A DNA stretch of 64,000 bases from a virus (IMGVR_UViG_3300013901_000007:43526-107525), one strand, 5' to 3'. Positions 22,616 through 32,476 are shown, counted from the first letter of the stretch. The notes: generated by a model not told the origin, from the letters alone. Translations and numbers: made by a program.

Positions 22616-23629
22616 TTATTTTATATTCCATTTTGATTCGCCGCTTTCTTCAACAGCGTTAGAAACATAGAATAAATCATATTCTGCTGCTTCGTATTTA
22701 TTAGCACCTTCAACCATAACAGAAGCTTTTTGAACAGTAAGAGGAGCACCATTAACAGCGTTTGAAATTGTTAAAGAAGCTTTTTTACCTTTTGGAGCAG
22801 CAAAAAACATTTGTTTCATTTTATTTGTTGTTAAGGTTGTTGGAAAAGAAGTTTTAACTCCAAATGCTCTTAACTTGTCAGAAGTAATTGCAGAAGCATC
22901 TGCGATAGCATCAGTTCCATTATAATAACCATAAAACCAACCTCTAAAGCCAGTTAAAGCACCTTTTGTTAAATTGAATGTTTTACCAACAATTTTACCA
23001 GCTTCATAATTGCTTCCTAAATTGGTTTTTGGAATAGCGCCATCAGAACTTTTACATGAACCAGTAATAGATAAATTTGTAGTATCAGTAACTTGAATAT
23101 TTGCAAATTTGCCACTTACACCAGTTAAATCTTCACCGTTAAATGATGCTTGATATTCACTAAATGTAACAGCGGTATCAGGTCCATATGAATATTTACC
23201 TTTATTTATTGCAAAAGAGTATTCAATTTGAATATTTGTACCAACTTCTTTAGACCCAATGTTGCTTGAATTTAAAGCTGCAGTTGGTTGTGTGATTGTT
23301 GGATTCTTTTCTTGAGCTAAGCAGTTTTGTAAGAATTCTTCTAATGTTTTTCCTTCAGCTGGAATAACAACACTTCCTGAAGCGTCAGGGGTATATTTTC
23401 CAAATGAATAAGTTGCAGTAATATCTTTAGTTAAGGTTACTGCTGTTGCATCGATCTCTGGTGAATATGGAAGAGTATTCCAATTTGTAGCGCCATCGCC
23501 GATTTTAAATTTGTTCGTATCCGTTTCTAGACCAAGTTCACCCTTTAATAAAACTGGATTAGCTGTTTTCCAATTTTCAGCGGTGTCATTTCTAATTACG
23601 ATACGTGTTTTTAATGTTTGATTTGGCAT
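22616..23629 (-). CDS. Fibre/virion protein with Mtd-type N-terminal domain
   Basis: RNDTAENWKTANPVLLKGELGLETDTNKFKIGDG. Confidence 0.78.
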   Translation of the reverse strand: MPNQTLKTRIVIRNDTAENWKTANPVLLKGELGLETDTNKFKIGDGATNWNTLPYSPEIDATAVTLTKDITATYSFGKYTPDASGSVVIPAEGKTLEEFLQNCLAQEKNPTITQPTAALNSSNIGSKEVGTNIQIEYSFAINKGKYSYGPDTAVTFSEYQASFNGEDLTGVSGKFANIQVTDTTNLSITGSCKSSDGAIPKTNLGSNYEAGKIVGKTFNLTKGALTGFRGWFYGYYNGTDAIADASAITSDKLRAFGVKTSFPTTLTTNKMKQMFFAAPKGKKASLTISNAVNGAPLTVQKASVMVEGANKYEAAEYDLFYVSNAVEESGESKWNIK

Positions 23630-23882
23630 ACTAATTTATTTCTCCTTTATATTGAATTGAAATTTCAATCTACTTTATTATTTTTTGTGAATTTCACCTT
23701 TATATAAGACAATAGATTTATTTATTGGTACTAAAAGTCAAATTATCCAATTTAGTAATAACTTTTCTAGTTCCTAAAATTTATAAATTGAATCCTTTGA
23801 TAGATGAATAAATAATAATAATTGATTGTAATTTTTCTGTTTCAGCTTTTGATAAATTATTGTTTTAATATAATTTTCGCAG

Positions 23883-23939
23883 CTATTTCGTTGGATAAAG
23901 TCTATATTTGAATGTTTTAATAAAAATTTTCTTTATCAT
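23883..23939 (-). pseudogene. tnpB (IS605 OrfB) N-terminal remnant
   Basis: GGAGG RBS then MIKKIFIKTFKYRLYPTK*, the TnpB N-terminal signature. Confidence 0.55.
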
Positions 23940-23957
23940 AAACGCCTCCAAAAAAAA

Positions 23958-24590
23958 TTAATTTCCTTTTGCGTCGCCACCATGAATAATTTCAAGGTTT
24001 GTATCAAGAATTGAAACTAAATCTTCCTCAACATTAGGAATTTCTTCTAAAGTTGCAATTTTAACACTAGCTACCCCAGTTATAGGATCTACTTTAACAT
24101 TTAATTTAGTTTTATCTTCTGAAATGTCATCAACAGAAGATTTTATCATACCCAATTGCTCCTCAGCAGCAATTGTTGTACTCACCGTTTTAAGTTTTTC
24201 GTCAATCTCAGTTTTAGTGTAATATTTGGTTAAATCCAAATGTTCATTTCCAACAAGGTGCCATTTGTTATCATCCCAAATATATTGAGAATAAACCGTG
24301 TCATTTTCTTTGTATAAATATAAAACATTAGATTCACCATTTTCAGGTAATTGATCAACGACCTTAATAAATTGACTAGCAATATTAGTTAATTTTTCAT
24401 CAATTTGTTTTGAAGTATAATAATTGGTTAAATTATCAACAGTGTTTGTGATAAAACCAACATCATTAAAAAAATCACTTAATTTTGTAGGAGGTGTATA
24501 ACCACGAACACTTAAACGTAAAACCTTTTCAACCCCAACATCAACTTGCGAGTCTTCCATATTAATATGTAATTTTTCATTTAATGGCAT
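23958..24590 (-). CDS. Virion fibre-associated protein
   Basis: PTKLSDFFND, VVDQLPENGESNVLY, YYTKTEID fibre motifs. Confidence 0.65.
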   Translation of the reverse strand: MPLNEKLHINMEDSQVDVGVEKVLRLSVRGYTPPTKLSDFFNDVGFITNTVDNLTNYYTSKQIDEKLTNIASQFIKVVDQLPENGESNVLYLYKENDTVYSQYIWDDNKWHLVGNEHLDLTKYYTKTEIDEKLKTVSTTIAAEEQLGMIKSSVDDISEDKTKLNVKVDPITGVASVKIATLEEIPNVEEDLVSILDTNLEIIHGGDAKGN

Positions 24591-25030
24591 GGTTCCACCT
24601 CCACTTTATTATGAGCACAAAGGGTGGTAATATCAATTTCTTGTTTACTACCATTTGCTAATTTTCGAATAATTTTCATACAATATGTATAGCGTCCCTT
24701 TGGAAATTTATACGAAACATCTTGGTCAAATACTAAATTAACAGTATTATAACCTTCTTGTGATGGTTTATTAGGAATATTTGTTGAAACAAATACATGA
24801 ACTAATTTTTTATGACAGTTATAAAATGTCACCACCACTTGATCGGTAGGATCAAGTGCAATCGGTGCATCTTTAATTGGATTACCTTCTTCATCATATC
24901 CATTGCCAACCAAACTCAATACCATTTGAATTGTAAAAGTATCACCATCAAACCATTTTAATATTCCATTGTCCATACGAGGACTTAATGGAGCTGGTTT
25001 TAATACACTATTTTGTTCTGTAACTGCCAT
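24581..25030 (-). CDS. Baseplate upper (BppU-like) N-terminal domain protein, putative
   Basis: GDTFTI...GRYTY beta-sandwich pattern; position. Confidence 0.45.
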   Translation of the reverse strand: MAVTEQNSVLKPAPLSPRMDNGILKWFDGDTFTIQMVLSLVGNGYDEEGNPIKDAPIALDPTDQVVVTFYNCHKKLVHVFVSTNIPNKPSQEGYNTVNLVFDQDVSYKFPKGRYTYCMKIIRKLANGSKQEIDITTLCAHNKVEVEPCH

Positions 25031-25047
25031 ATACTAGCCCCCCTATG

Positions 25048-25068
25048 TAAAAGCCCCATGAGGGGCTT
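25048..25068 (-). terminator. Intrinsic terminator after nrdG
   Basis: AAGCCCC-TCAT-GGGGCTT-TT. Confidence 0.6.
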
Positions 25069-25073
25069 AGTGT

Positions 25074-25598
25074 TTATAAAATATATTTTTTTAAATTAGA
25101 AATTGGTTTATCTCTAAATCTGTATGTAATATCAATTAATTTATTTGCTTCTCGTTTGTAAATTTTTTGATTAGAATTAGGAAAATTAATAGGACCACAT
25201 GTTTGTTTAAGCCATGTGTCTTCTTCACCTTTAGGTAAAATAAATCGTCCATATTTGTAATAATCTACAACTCCCGCTAAATCTAAATTAATAAAATCTC
25301 TACCGCTGTAAAATCCTACTTTTAATTTATATTTAGTATGAATTAAATCTACTAAAGACTTTAATGTTTCATAGTCGGAATCTCCCCCCATAAAGCCAAT
25401 TAATGTAAGACCGTAGTTTTTATAAGGAAGGAGGACGGAATCAAGAAAAGATTCGGTAACTTCTTTTCCCCTGTTTTCTTTTAGATAACTCTCAGAACAT
25501 CCTTCGCAAAGACAAGGACAATTACTAATATTAAAACACAATGCAATTTCATCTGGAAATTCCACAAATGTGATTGCATAATCATATGTTTTAATCAT
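25074..25598 (-). CDS. nrdG: Anaerobic ribonucleotide reductase activase
   Basis: EFPDEI...CPCLCEGC, FMGGD, SNQKIY; adjacent to nrdD. Confidence 0.9.
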   Translation of the reverse strand: MIKTYDYAITFVEFPDEIALCFNISNCPCLCEGCSESYLKENRGKEVTESFLDSVLLPYKNYGLTLIGFMGGDSDYETLKSLVDLIHTKYKLKVGFYSGRDFINLDLAGVVDYYKYGRFILPKGEEDTWLKQTCGPINFPNSNQKIYKREANKLIDITYRFRDKPISNLKKYIL

Positions 25599-26058
25599 GT
25601 CTTTCGTGAGTATAAGCTCTATGAGCTGCTTCTTCTTGTCTAGGTTGAGAGAAATTACTCACTAATTTTAAATATCCAATAACACGAGTAGCATAATCTA
25701 CGTTTTTACTATGACACTCAGGACATTCGTCTAAATATCTCTTATCTATGTGTCCACAATCGTTACACACTGTATTAGGAATGTTATAAGTAAAATAAGA
25801 ACATCCTAGTCTTGCAGCTGTATCTAATAATTTTCGATATTGTTCTTTTGATAAATAGGAGTCGAGATTTCCATGAAGAGCGCTACCTCCATCGAGACAA
25901 CCAATAAAATCTTGTCCTTGTAATTGCATTTTAGTAATAATGTCATAACGTCCATCTTCTACTGGATAAAAATATGAATTATATAGATTTCTTTTAGGAT
26001 TAACTACATATCCTGCTTCTTTATCCCATTTATATAATTTTGCACCTGCGTTTTCTGC
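25591..26058 (-). CDS. nrdD: NrdD C-terminal polypeptide, exon 2 (glycyl-radical domain)
   Basis: AENAG, CNDC/CPEC zinc site, TRVIGYL. Confidence 0.9.
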   Translation of the reverse strand, partial: AENAGAKLYKWDKEAGYVVNPKRNLYNSYFYPVEDGRYDIITKMQLQGQDFIGCLDGGSALHGNLDSYLSKEQYRKLLDTAARLGCSYFTYNIPNTVCNDCGHIDKRYLDECPECHSKNVDYATRVIGYLKLVSNFSQPRQEEAAHRAYTHERHD

Positions 26059-26293
26059 CATTTTGTTACTACTCTATATAACAGAGCGGAATTACTACTT
26101 CCTTGGAGTGTCTTTACACTCGAGTAATTCTCATTGGTTTCACTTGGTTATAGCCAATGTTCAGACTGTTGCATCCATTTCTGGTTCTCTCATTCAGTCG
26201 TTGTAGGTGTCTTATGACTTCCTAGGCATTGCCCACTTCTGGGTTTTTGCCGTATATTAGAGAGAATTTAACGTCCCCATAGAATTAAAGGCT
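26059..26293 (-). ncRNA. ORF-less group I intron (235 nt) in nrdD-C
   Basis: Exon GUCCCU pairs with IGS GGGGAC. P4 CGGCA/UGCC, P3 UUCUCUC/GAGAGAA, P7 GACUG/CAGUC, terminal G. Splicing gives FNTEFVP|AENAG. Confidence 0.9.
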
Positions 26294-26371
26294 AGGGACA
26301 AATTCTGTATTAAATTTAGTCAAATGAGATTGCTTCACTTGCACTTTTGCATTTTTTAATTGTAATATCAT
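26294..26371 (-). CDS. nrdD: NrdD C-terminal polypeptide, exon 1 (26 codons, independent start); absent from the ORF track
   Basis: AGGAG RBS; ATG overlaps the upstream TGA (ATGA). MILQLKNAKVQVKQSHLTKFNTEFVP. Confidence 0.8.
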
Positions 26372-27390
26372 TCCTTATATCTCCTTTGTATATCGTTTTT
26401 AAAATCTTCATATTGTTGTAAATTATATATCATAACATAATTTAAATTTTGCTTTTTAGCAGTGTTTCGCTTTTGAACATCCAACTGCGTCCACACCTTA
26501 ATAGCATTACGATAAAAAGTAAAAGTTTGAGCTTTTTGTTGCCACACCTTTAGTTTTTCCACATCCTGTGGATTGGTCGCATCAAATGGATGTTTACCAT
26601 GTGTAAAAAATAAATTTAATTCAACATATTGATCCAAAGGACGAATGTAAAAATCACAATGTAAGGGTAAGCTGCTGTCTTGTGTTGACAACAAACATTA
26701 TCGTCACCAAACATTTTTTTAAAAAAATTGTTCCAAATCTTGTTCAGGTTTAGAAATATTAGTGGTACCATTTTTTAATTTTGTTTGAAATGCTTTTTCT
26801 GAATTTGTTTTAAAATCATATTTGGCTTTTACTTCTGGACGCATCATTTGATAAGGAACGCCATATCTCTCTATATTGGTTTGTCTCACTTTTTCTTTAA
26901 TTTCTTTAGTTTGAGCACCAGATTTTGCACCATAGCGTTGCAAATTAGTTTGTTCTCTCTTCTTTATTACCCACTCCAATTTGTTGGGATTGGACACCCT
27001 AAATTTAGCTAAATACGCCTCTCTAACTTTTTGTACATCTTTAAAAATATTGTCTACCCCATATTTTTCTAGGTTAGTTTGTTTATATTTTTCAGGATTG
27101 TTATAATTAGGATCTCCATATTTTAATAAATTAGTTTTTCTATTATGTTCATAACTTAATAACTTGGGTTTTTTAACACCATAATAGTGAAAAATTCTAG
27201 TTAAGGTAGCCTCGTTTATGCCAAAATGAGCCGAGGTTTCCACCTTACTATGATTTTCAATAATATAATATTGAATAATTTCATCAATATTATATGAAAC
27301 ATCATGTAGAGAAAAATCTCGTCCATTATAAACGGTGGTTGTTCCATATTGGTTCGACACAATACTATACCTCATATTACTATTTATCAA
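26368..27390 (-). pseudogene. Vsr/EDxHD-like homing endonuclease, frameshift-disrupted, lying between the two nrdD halves
   Basis: TNL.KYG repeats, SKPE, CDFYI...VELN...THG. In-frame stops at 26698-26721 between two compensating indels. Confidence 0.75.
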
Positions 27391-28951
27391 TTTGGAAAGG
27401 TTTTAATAGTTGCTCGTCAATAACTAAATTTTCCACTTCGTTTATAATGTCCTCTATTTTTTTATTGCAAGAATCTCCATTAAGATTACACACTTTTAAT
27501 ACCGTTCCTTGTGGAATTTCATATGACGTATCTCCAAAACTTAATTGATATAATTTATGTGCTTTAGTTCTGTCTTTTGTGTTGATTTGCTTAATAGTTT
27601 CAAGAATGTCTTGTGCATATAATTTATATTCTTCATTATTAGGATTAATTTTGATATTTTTATATTTACTGTCTTTATTCATTAAAAATTCAGCACCTTC
27701 TATAAAACCGTTTACACCAACTGTAAGATACTGTTTATCCAAATCAATAAAACCAGCTTTATAAACTGTTAATAAATTACTATCATATAAATCCCATAAC
27801 CAGTTATTCCAAGCGATAAGATACTTGTGAATTCTTTCAACAATAGTAGTAATGTATTCTTTTAAAGAACAAACATCTCTTTGTTTATACCAATCTTGGA
27901 CTATTCTGTTTAAATTTAAAGTGATAACTTTTTTACTTCCAGTTTGAACACCGCCAGCTCCCAAAGTGTAGCTAAATACATTTTCTTCAATGGCATTTTT
28001 TAAACGACAACAACTCGAAAGGGCGTCGGCACTATCTGAATTATAACAGAAGAATGAATGACCTTCTGCCCACATTTCTGCTACAAAAGAGGCACTTTCT
28101 TCATCAATATATTGTTTAGTATTTTTATCATATAATAAATTAAAAGTTTCAACTGGGAAAGTAAGAATGACTTTTGTTCTTTCTTGATTTAACCATTTCA
28201 TAAACATTTTTTGAAGTTCTTTTGTGGTTTCCCACTTAGGTTCATCCATATCTGGAAACACAAAATCTTTAAAGAGAGAATCAAAAAAACCTTTGTCATA
28301 GTATGCACAGTTTAGGAAGGGTGATTGATAATTTCTACTTCCTGCTGGCTGATTAATTGAATAAACAAATTGTTGAAACCAGTCTGTAATCCTATCTCTT
28401 AAGGTTTCTTGTCTTTTGCCATAAATAACTACTTTTTCATCAAGATGTTGAATATAATCATCGCCAAAATCTACTCTTAAAAAATGGTCAAAATAAGTAA
28501 AAAACTCAGGTAAAGCAATAGCTCCTAAATATTGACCAGCTAATAAAAAGACTAAATTAATAGCTCCCCCAATAAAAGAATCTGTATGTTTTGGAGGTAA
28601 GGAGCTGCCACCCAAGTCTTTTAAACCATTTAATAAAAATGGGTACATAGAGACGGCTACGCAATAAGGAGCCAACCCTGTTTCATCATGTGAATAAATA
28701 ATATGATTATCTAAATCTTGAATATATTGTTTAGCTAATTCATCACCAAAATCTTTAGCTAAATACTTATTCATGATAGCGCGATTAATTTTAATCATGT
28801 CATCTTTTATAATTTCGCTTTGTAAAGTAGCAATGTTTTTTGCAGTAACATTTGCATTAGCATCGTAAGCTGAACCAGAAGCGGCATTTTTAGCTTTTTT
28901 ATAATTTTCGATAAAATTTAATTTTTTATCAATCCATGAAATATTTGCCAT
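27380..28951 (-). CDS. nrdD: NrdD N-terminal polypeptide (no ATP cone) with a ~58-aa non-NrdD tail
   Basis: YSHDE...PYC, QSPF, SSCCRL, TLNLNR, VGVNG. Homology appears to end near KDRTKAH. Confidence 0.9.
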   Translation of the reverse strand: MANISWIDKKLNFIENYKKAKNAASGSAYDANANVTAKNIATLQSEIIKDDMIKINRAIMNKYLAKDFGDELAKQYIQDLDNHIIYSHDETGLAPYCVAVSMYPFLLNGLKDLGGSSLPPKHTDSFIGGAINLVFLLAGQYLGAIALPEFFTYFDHFLRVDFGDDYIQHLDEKVVIYGKRQETLRDRITDWFQQFVYSINQPAGSRNYQSPFLNCAYYDKGFFDSLFKDFVFPDMDEPKWETTKELQKMFMKWLNQERTKVILTFPVETFNLLYDKNTKQYIDEESASFVAEMWAEGHSFFCYNSDSADALSSCCRLKNAIEENVFSYTLGAGGVQTGSKKVITLNLNRIVQDWYKQRDVCSLKEYITTIVERIHKYLIAWNNWLWDLYDSNLLTVYKAGFIDLDKQYLTVGVNGFIEGAEFLMNKDSKYKNIKINPNNEEYKLYAQDILETIKQINTKDRTKAHKLYQLSFGDTSYEIPQGTVLKVCNLNGDSCNKKIEDIINEVENLVIDEQLLKPFQIDK

Positions 28952-28959
28952 AATTACTC

Positions 28960-29163
28960 CTATTGTTTATTAACCCACTGTAAAGCTTCTTTAAAATGTA
29001 AAATATTGCCATTTACTTCTAAAGCGGGCACAGATTGAATGCCTTTTTCTAACATTTCGTCGACATCATTCTTAAAAACATAGTCTATATTTTTTTCTTT
29101 AAGCTTTGTTTCCAAAACCCTACATCTTGGACAGCCTGTACTATATAAAATAATTGTATCCAT
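28960..29163 (-). CDS. NrdH-like glutaredoxin
   Basis: LYSTGCPRC, SVP; start MDTII follows AGGAGG. Confidence 0.85.
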   Translation of the reverse strand: MDTIILYSTGCPRCRVLETKLKEKNIDYVFKNDVDEMLEKGIQSVPALEVNGNILHFKEALQWVNKQ

Positions 29164-29228
29164 AAAAATGCTGGAACCTCCTTTTCTGTAAATATTATAA
29201 CAACTTTTTAATTTGTTGCAACTAATAT

Positions 29229-29909
29229 TCACTTATCTTCTTTCTGATTTTTTTCTAATCTTTTTGATGATTTCAATTCTCGAACATTTTTATCTAATTC
29301 TGAATATAAAGTTTTATCTATTACTTCATCTGCGGTTGTTTCTTTAAATGCTTGCCATTCTGGAGAAGCAGCATTAGCGACACTCTTTAAATCAGCCAAC
29401 ATTTCTGGCGTTAACGAAGAAACAGTTTCGTTTAAAGAAGAAGCAAATTGTGCTAAACTTTCAGGAGTAAATAATTCAGCTGTTTTTTCAATTCTATATA
29501 CATTAGCGAAATTGTAAACTCTATCAACTAATCTTTGTAAACGCTTAAAATCTTTTTCACAGAACTTTAATAAATATTCATCAAATCCATATTCACATAA
29601 TGTATTATAAATTAAATCTAATGATTGAAAATTATTCATATCATTTTCAAGATTGATAGCATAAGTCAATAAACCATAAAGTAATTCGTTAATTTCTAAA
29701 TTAATTCCAGATTGAATAGCATCTTTATTATCATCCCAAATATTTATACAAATTTGTGTAACAGCAATCATTTTTCTAGTTAAATTTAAATAAGAAACAA
29801 TTTGTAATTTTCCAATTAAATCTTGAACTTTTGCATCATTTTTTTCTGTAGGATCATGTTTGAAAGCTAAAATAGCCTTTAACAAATCAGATAATTTTAT
29901 ATTTTCCAT
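29229..29909 (-). CDS. Hypothetical protein
   Basis: Long ORF with RBS, in operon. Confidence 0.65.
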   Translation of the reverse strand: MENIKLSDLLKAILAFKHDPTEKNDAKVQDLIGKLQIVSYLNLTRKMIAVTQICINIWDDNKDAIQSGINLEINELLYGLLTYAINLENDMNNFQSLDLIYNTLCEYGFDEYLLKFCEKDFKRLQRLVDRVYNFANVYRIEKTAELFTPESLAQFASSLNETVSSLTPEMLADLKSVANAASPEWQAFKETTADEVIDKTLYSELDKNVRELKSSKRLEKNQKEDK

Positions 29910-30922
29910 GAAATTTCTCCTTGTGCTTCTTTGTCGCGATTTTTGAAAAAATCATTTAAAATTTCATCATCACTGACGTCATTATAGATTTTAATCATAT
30001 CGCTAGATTCCCAGCTAAAAATAAGAGTGACAACATCATCGGGTAATTTCATACTCTTTAATAAAGTACAAAAATAATGTCTTCCTGAATGACTATAAAA
30101 ATCAATCTTAAATCTTCTTGATACTTTGTTAGCAAAATTATTTGCAGAAGCAACTGTAGCTGGAAGCCAATTATTTCCTTCTTTTCGAACAAATAATTCT
30201 GGAATAGTAATACCTAATTTTTCACGTTCTGCTATCCAAGCATCTAAATAAGGTTTAAATGCCTCTTTAATAACATATTTTTTAATAACTTTTCCACGTT
30301 TTCCACGACCTTTAGAGCGAATTGGTGGAGTGCAATACATATATCCATCAAATACTTCTGTTTGTTTTGTAAAGAAATCAACTTTCATTTGTAAAAGTTC
30401 TGCTTTGCGTGCACCAGAAGAACAAACTAAAGCCACCCAACAGGCTAATTGATATTCACCTTCATCAGTTAATCTTTTTAACATTTCTTTAATTTGATCG
30501 TTGGTTAATACTGTTTTTTCTCTAACAGTAGTAATATGAACAGGTTCTAAACCTCTAAGTTGATTGTGAAATTCAGGATATTCATCTTCATACAATAATT
30601 CAATTTCAGTTGATAAACTGCTTAGACAAGATTTTAAAGCAGCAATTCTATTAGGACTCATACCTAATTCTCTTAAATACCCAAAATAAAAAACAAAATC
30701 TCTTTTTTTAAGCTTGACAAAAAGTTTATCACCATTTTCTCGATAATTCCAACAGAAAAAAACCTTTAGCCATGCTTCATACTGCTGTTGGGTTTTGGGA
30801 GATTTATCATTACTTTTGCAATATTGTAAATATTGCTTCACCAGCTGTTTATTTTGAGGCGAGACCTTTTCGTAATCGCTGGTGAGATTATCATTATATA
30901 CAGTAGACCTTGCCATAATCAA
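29897..30922 (-). CDS. Tyrosine recombinase
   Basis: SGARKAEL, KG, HSGRH, W...MIKIY catalytic residues. Confidence 0.9.
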   Translation of the reverse strand: MIMARSTVYNDNLTSDYEKVSPQNKQLVKQYLQYCKSNDKSPKTQQQYEAWLKVFFCWNYRENGDKLFVKLKKRDFVFYFGYLRELGMSPNRIAALKSCLSSLSTEIELLYEDEYPEFHNQLRGLEPVHITTVREKTVLTNDQIKEMLKRLTDEGEYQLACWVALVCSSGARKAELLQMKVDFFTKQTEVFDGYMYCTPPIRSKGRGKRGKVIKKYVIKEAFKPYLDAWIAEREKLGITIPELFVRKEGNNWLPATVASANNFANKVSRRFKIDFYSHSGRHYFCTLLKSMKLPDDVVTLIFSWESSDMIKIYNDVSDDEILNDFFKNRDKEAQGEISWKI

Positions 30923-30930
30923 CTTCTCCT

Positions 30931-31782
30931 CTATAACTCAGTCACAACATCAGACAGTGTTAAACTTGTAAAAGCAGAAGTGGCATCAACAGTATTAAAC
31001 AAAACGTTCATATCTTCACTGGTGTCATAATAATATAAAATAGTGTTCTTGGAACCATCATATTGTATTTTGTTTATGATTGCTTTTATTTTGGCTGCTG
31101 TATCTATATAAACGCCCGTAACATAAACAACTCCATTATTACCGAAAACTTCAGGAAATTGGCTTGGATTTTTAACCACGGTTTTATTACTAGAATAAAT
31201 TATAGCATTTATAGAAGCAGACTTAGTCTGATCCTCACTAATCCAATATATATTCAAACTATGGCTGTAATATTCCTTTTGAACGGCACTAATGGTGTTG
31301 TCACTTGAAATGGTAATATTACTTCCTGCTTTTAATTTATTTTGTTTACTATTTAAATCGTTTGTGGTGACCAATCTAACCCAATCGGTCCATGTCGTCC
31401 CATTATATGTTCTTTCATAGACTGAGCCAGTATTCTGATTACTACTCACTAAAAATTGAGTGTACCAGCCTATAGCCGTTCTCACCACGGTCAGCCCAAA
31501 AGCTGCTACTCCTGAAGGTTTATTAAGACTCTTATTGCCACCATCGGCATAATATTTCCCTTCTTTAATTAAAGTATTCAAATCAATCCCCGCGTCAAGA
31601 GCAGTGGCTGTAGCGGAAACAGATCCTGTTGACTCACCAGAATTTCCACCAGCGATATTGCCGACGAATATGGATTTCGTGATGGCTTTAATCTCTCCCG
31701 CTTTTAAATCACCATAATCAGAGCTGCCAGCATCCGCGGTGGCCAAAAGCGTTTTTGTTTTTTTATTAATTTTCTTTGCCAT
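30931..31782 (-). CDS. Fibre/knob-domain virion protein
   Basis: DLNTLIKEGKYY...YERTYNGTTWTDW knob; KQNKLKAGSNITI. Confidence 0.7.
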   Translation of the reverse strand: MAKKINKKTKTLLATADAGSSDYGDLKAGEIKAITKSIFVGNIAGGNSGESTGSVSATATALDAGIDLNTLIKEGKYYADGGNKSLNKPSGVAAFGLTVVRTAIGWYTQFLVSSNQNTGSVYERTYNGTTWTDWVRLVTTNDLNSKQNKLKAGSNITISSDNTISAVQKEYYSHSLNIYWISEDQTKSASINAIIYSSNKTVVKNPSQFPEVFGNNGVVYVTGVYIDTAAKIKAIINKIQYDGSKNTILYYYDTSEDMNVLFNTVDATSAFTSLTLSDVVTEL

Positions 31783-32476
31783 ATTCTTCCTCCTTTAATT
31801 TTAGCGCCACTTTCATTTTCTCCAGCCTCTTGATTTCTTGGTCTAAAGCCGAAATGGCATGTGCGGCTTTTAATTCTTTTTTATGACGTTTAATTTCTCG
31901 TATTTTTTCAGCAATATCTTTATCCCATTTGAATTCACAGAGCGTTTTTGCTAAAAAGACGGCGTCCGTCTCATCTAAAGTTGTTATTTTTAATTCAGTA
32001 GGAAATATACCATATAAATAATCTCTTACCATTTCTTTCGTTACTTTATTTCCAATATCCAGCCCATTAATATGCCTAAAATATGCATGAGTAGTTGTCG
32101 GAGCAACCCCTTTATAATCATAACAAGGTATGCCTCTTTCATAACAACAAACATCTAAAATAACATGACTCTTTGCTAAAGCAACAAAAGTCTGCACAGT
32201 TGATGATCCACCATGGATCTGAGTTGGCATCATCTCTTTTGAAACAAAATACTTACCATACCCTATTTCCTTTTCGAATTTATCAAAAAAAGTGTTTATC
32301 TTTGCTTTAAGTTCTGCAAACGGAAGTTCCCCATCTCCTTTAATTTTAATTACATAAGTATTCAAAGGTTTCCCTTTTTTAATATCCCAAACACATACAC
32401 CAGTAATCTTACTAGCTAAGTCAAACATTATAAGATACTCATACGAATTCAAATCTTGATTAAATTTTACTTCCAT
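31766..32476 (-). CDS. RuvC-like Holliday junction resolvase
   Basis: FDLASKITGV, KE, DETDAV acidic motifs. Confidence 0.75.
   Translation of the reverse strand: MEVKFNQDLNSYEYLIMFDLASKITGVCVWDIKKGKPLNTYVIKIKGDGELPFAELKAKINTFFDKFEKEIGYGKYFVSKEMMPTQIHGGSSTVQTFVALAKSHVILDVCCYERGIPCYDYKGVAPTTTHAYFRHINGLDIGNKVTKEMVRDYLYGIFPTELKITTLDETDAVFLAKTLCEFKWDKDIAEKIREIKRHKKELKAAHAISALDQEIKRLEKMKVALKLKEEEYGKEN

Noticed and set aside
26059-26061. ATG start of the tracked MAENAG ORF
   Set aside because: These are the last three intron bases, including the terminal G; the start with an RBS is at 26371.
26714-26727. Programmed frameshift at T7A7
   Set aside because: A second, opposite shift about 20 codons later would also be needed; mutation or sequencing error is simpler.
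26294-27560. Canonical split intein in nrdD
   Set aside because: No Cys/Ser at the N-junction and no His-Asn followed by Cys/Ser/Thr at the C-junction; at most a degenerate relic.
29897-30922. Integrase marking a prophage boundary
   Set aside because: Phage genes continue on both sides; no att repeat or host genes are visible.
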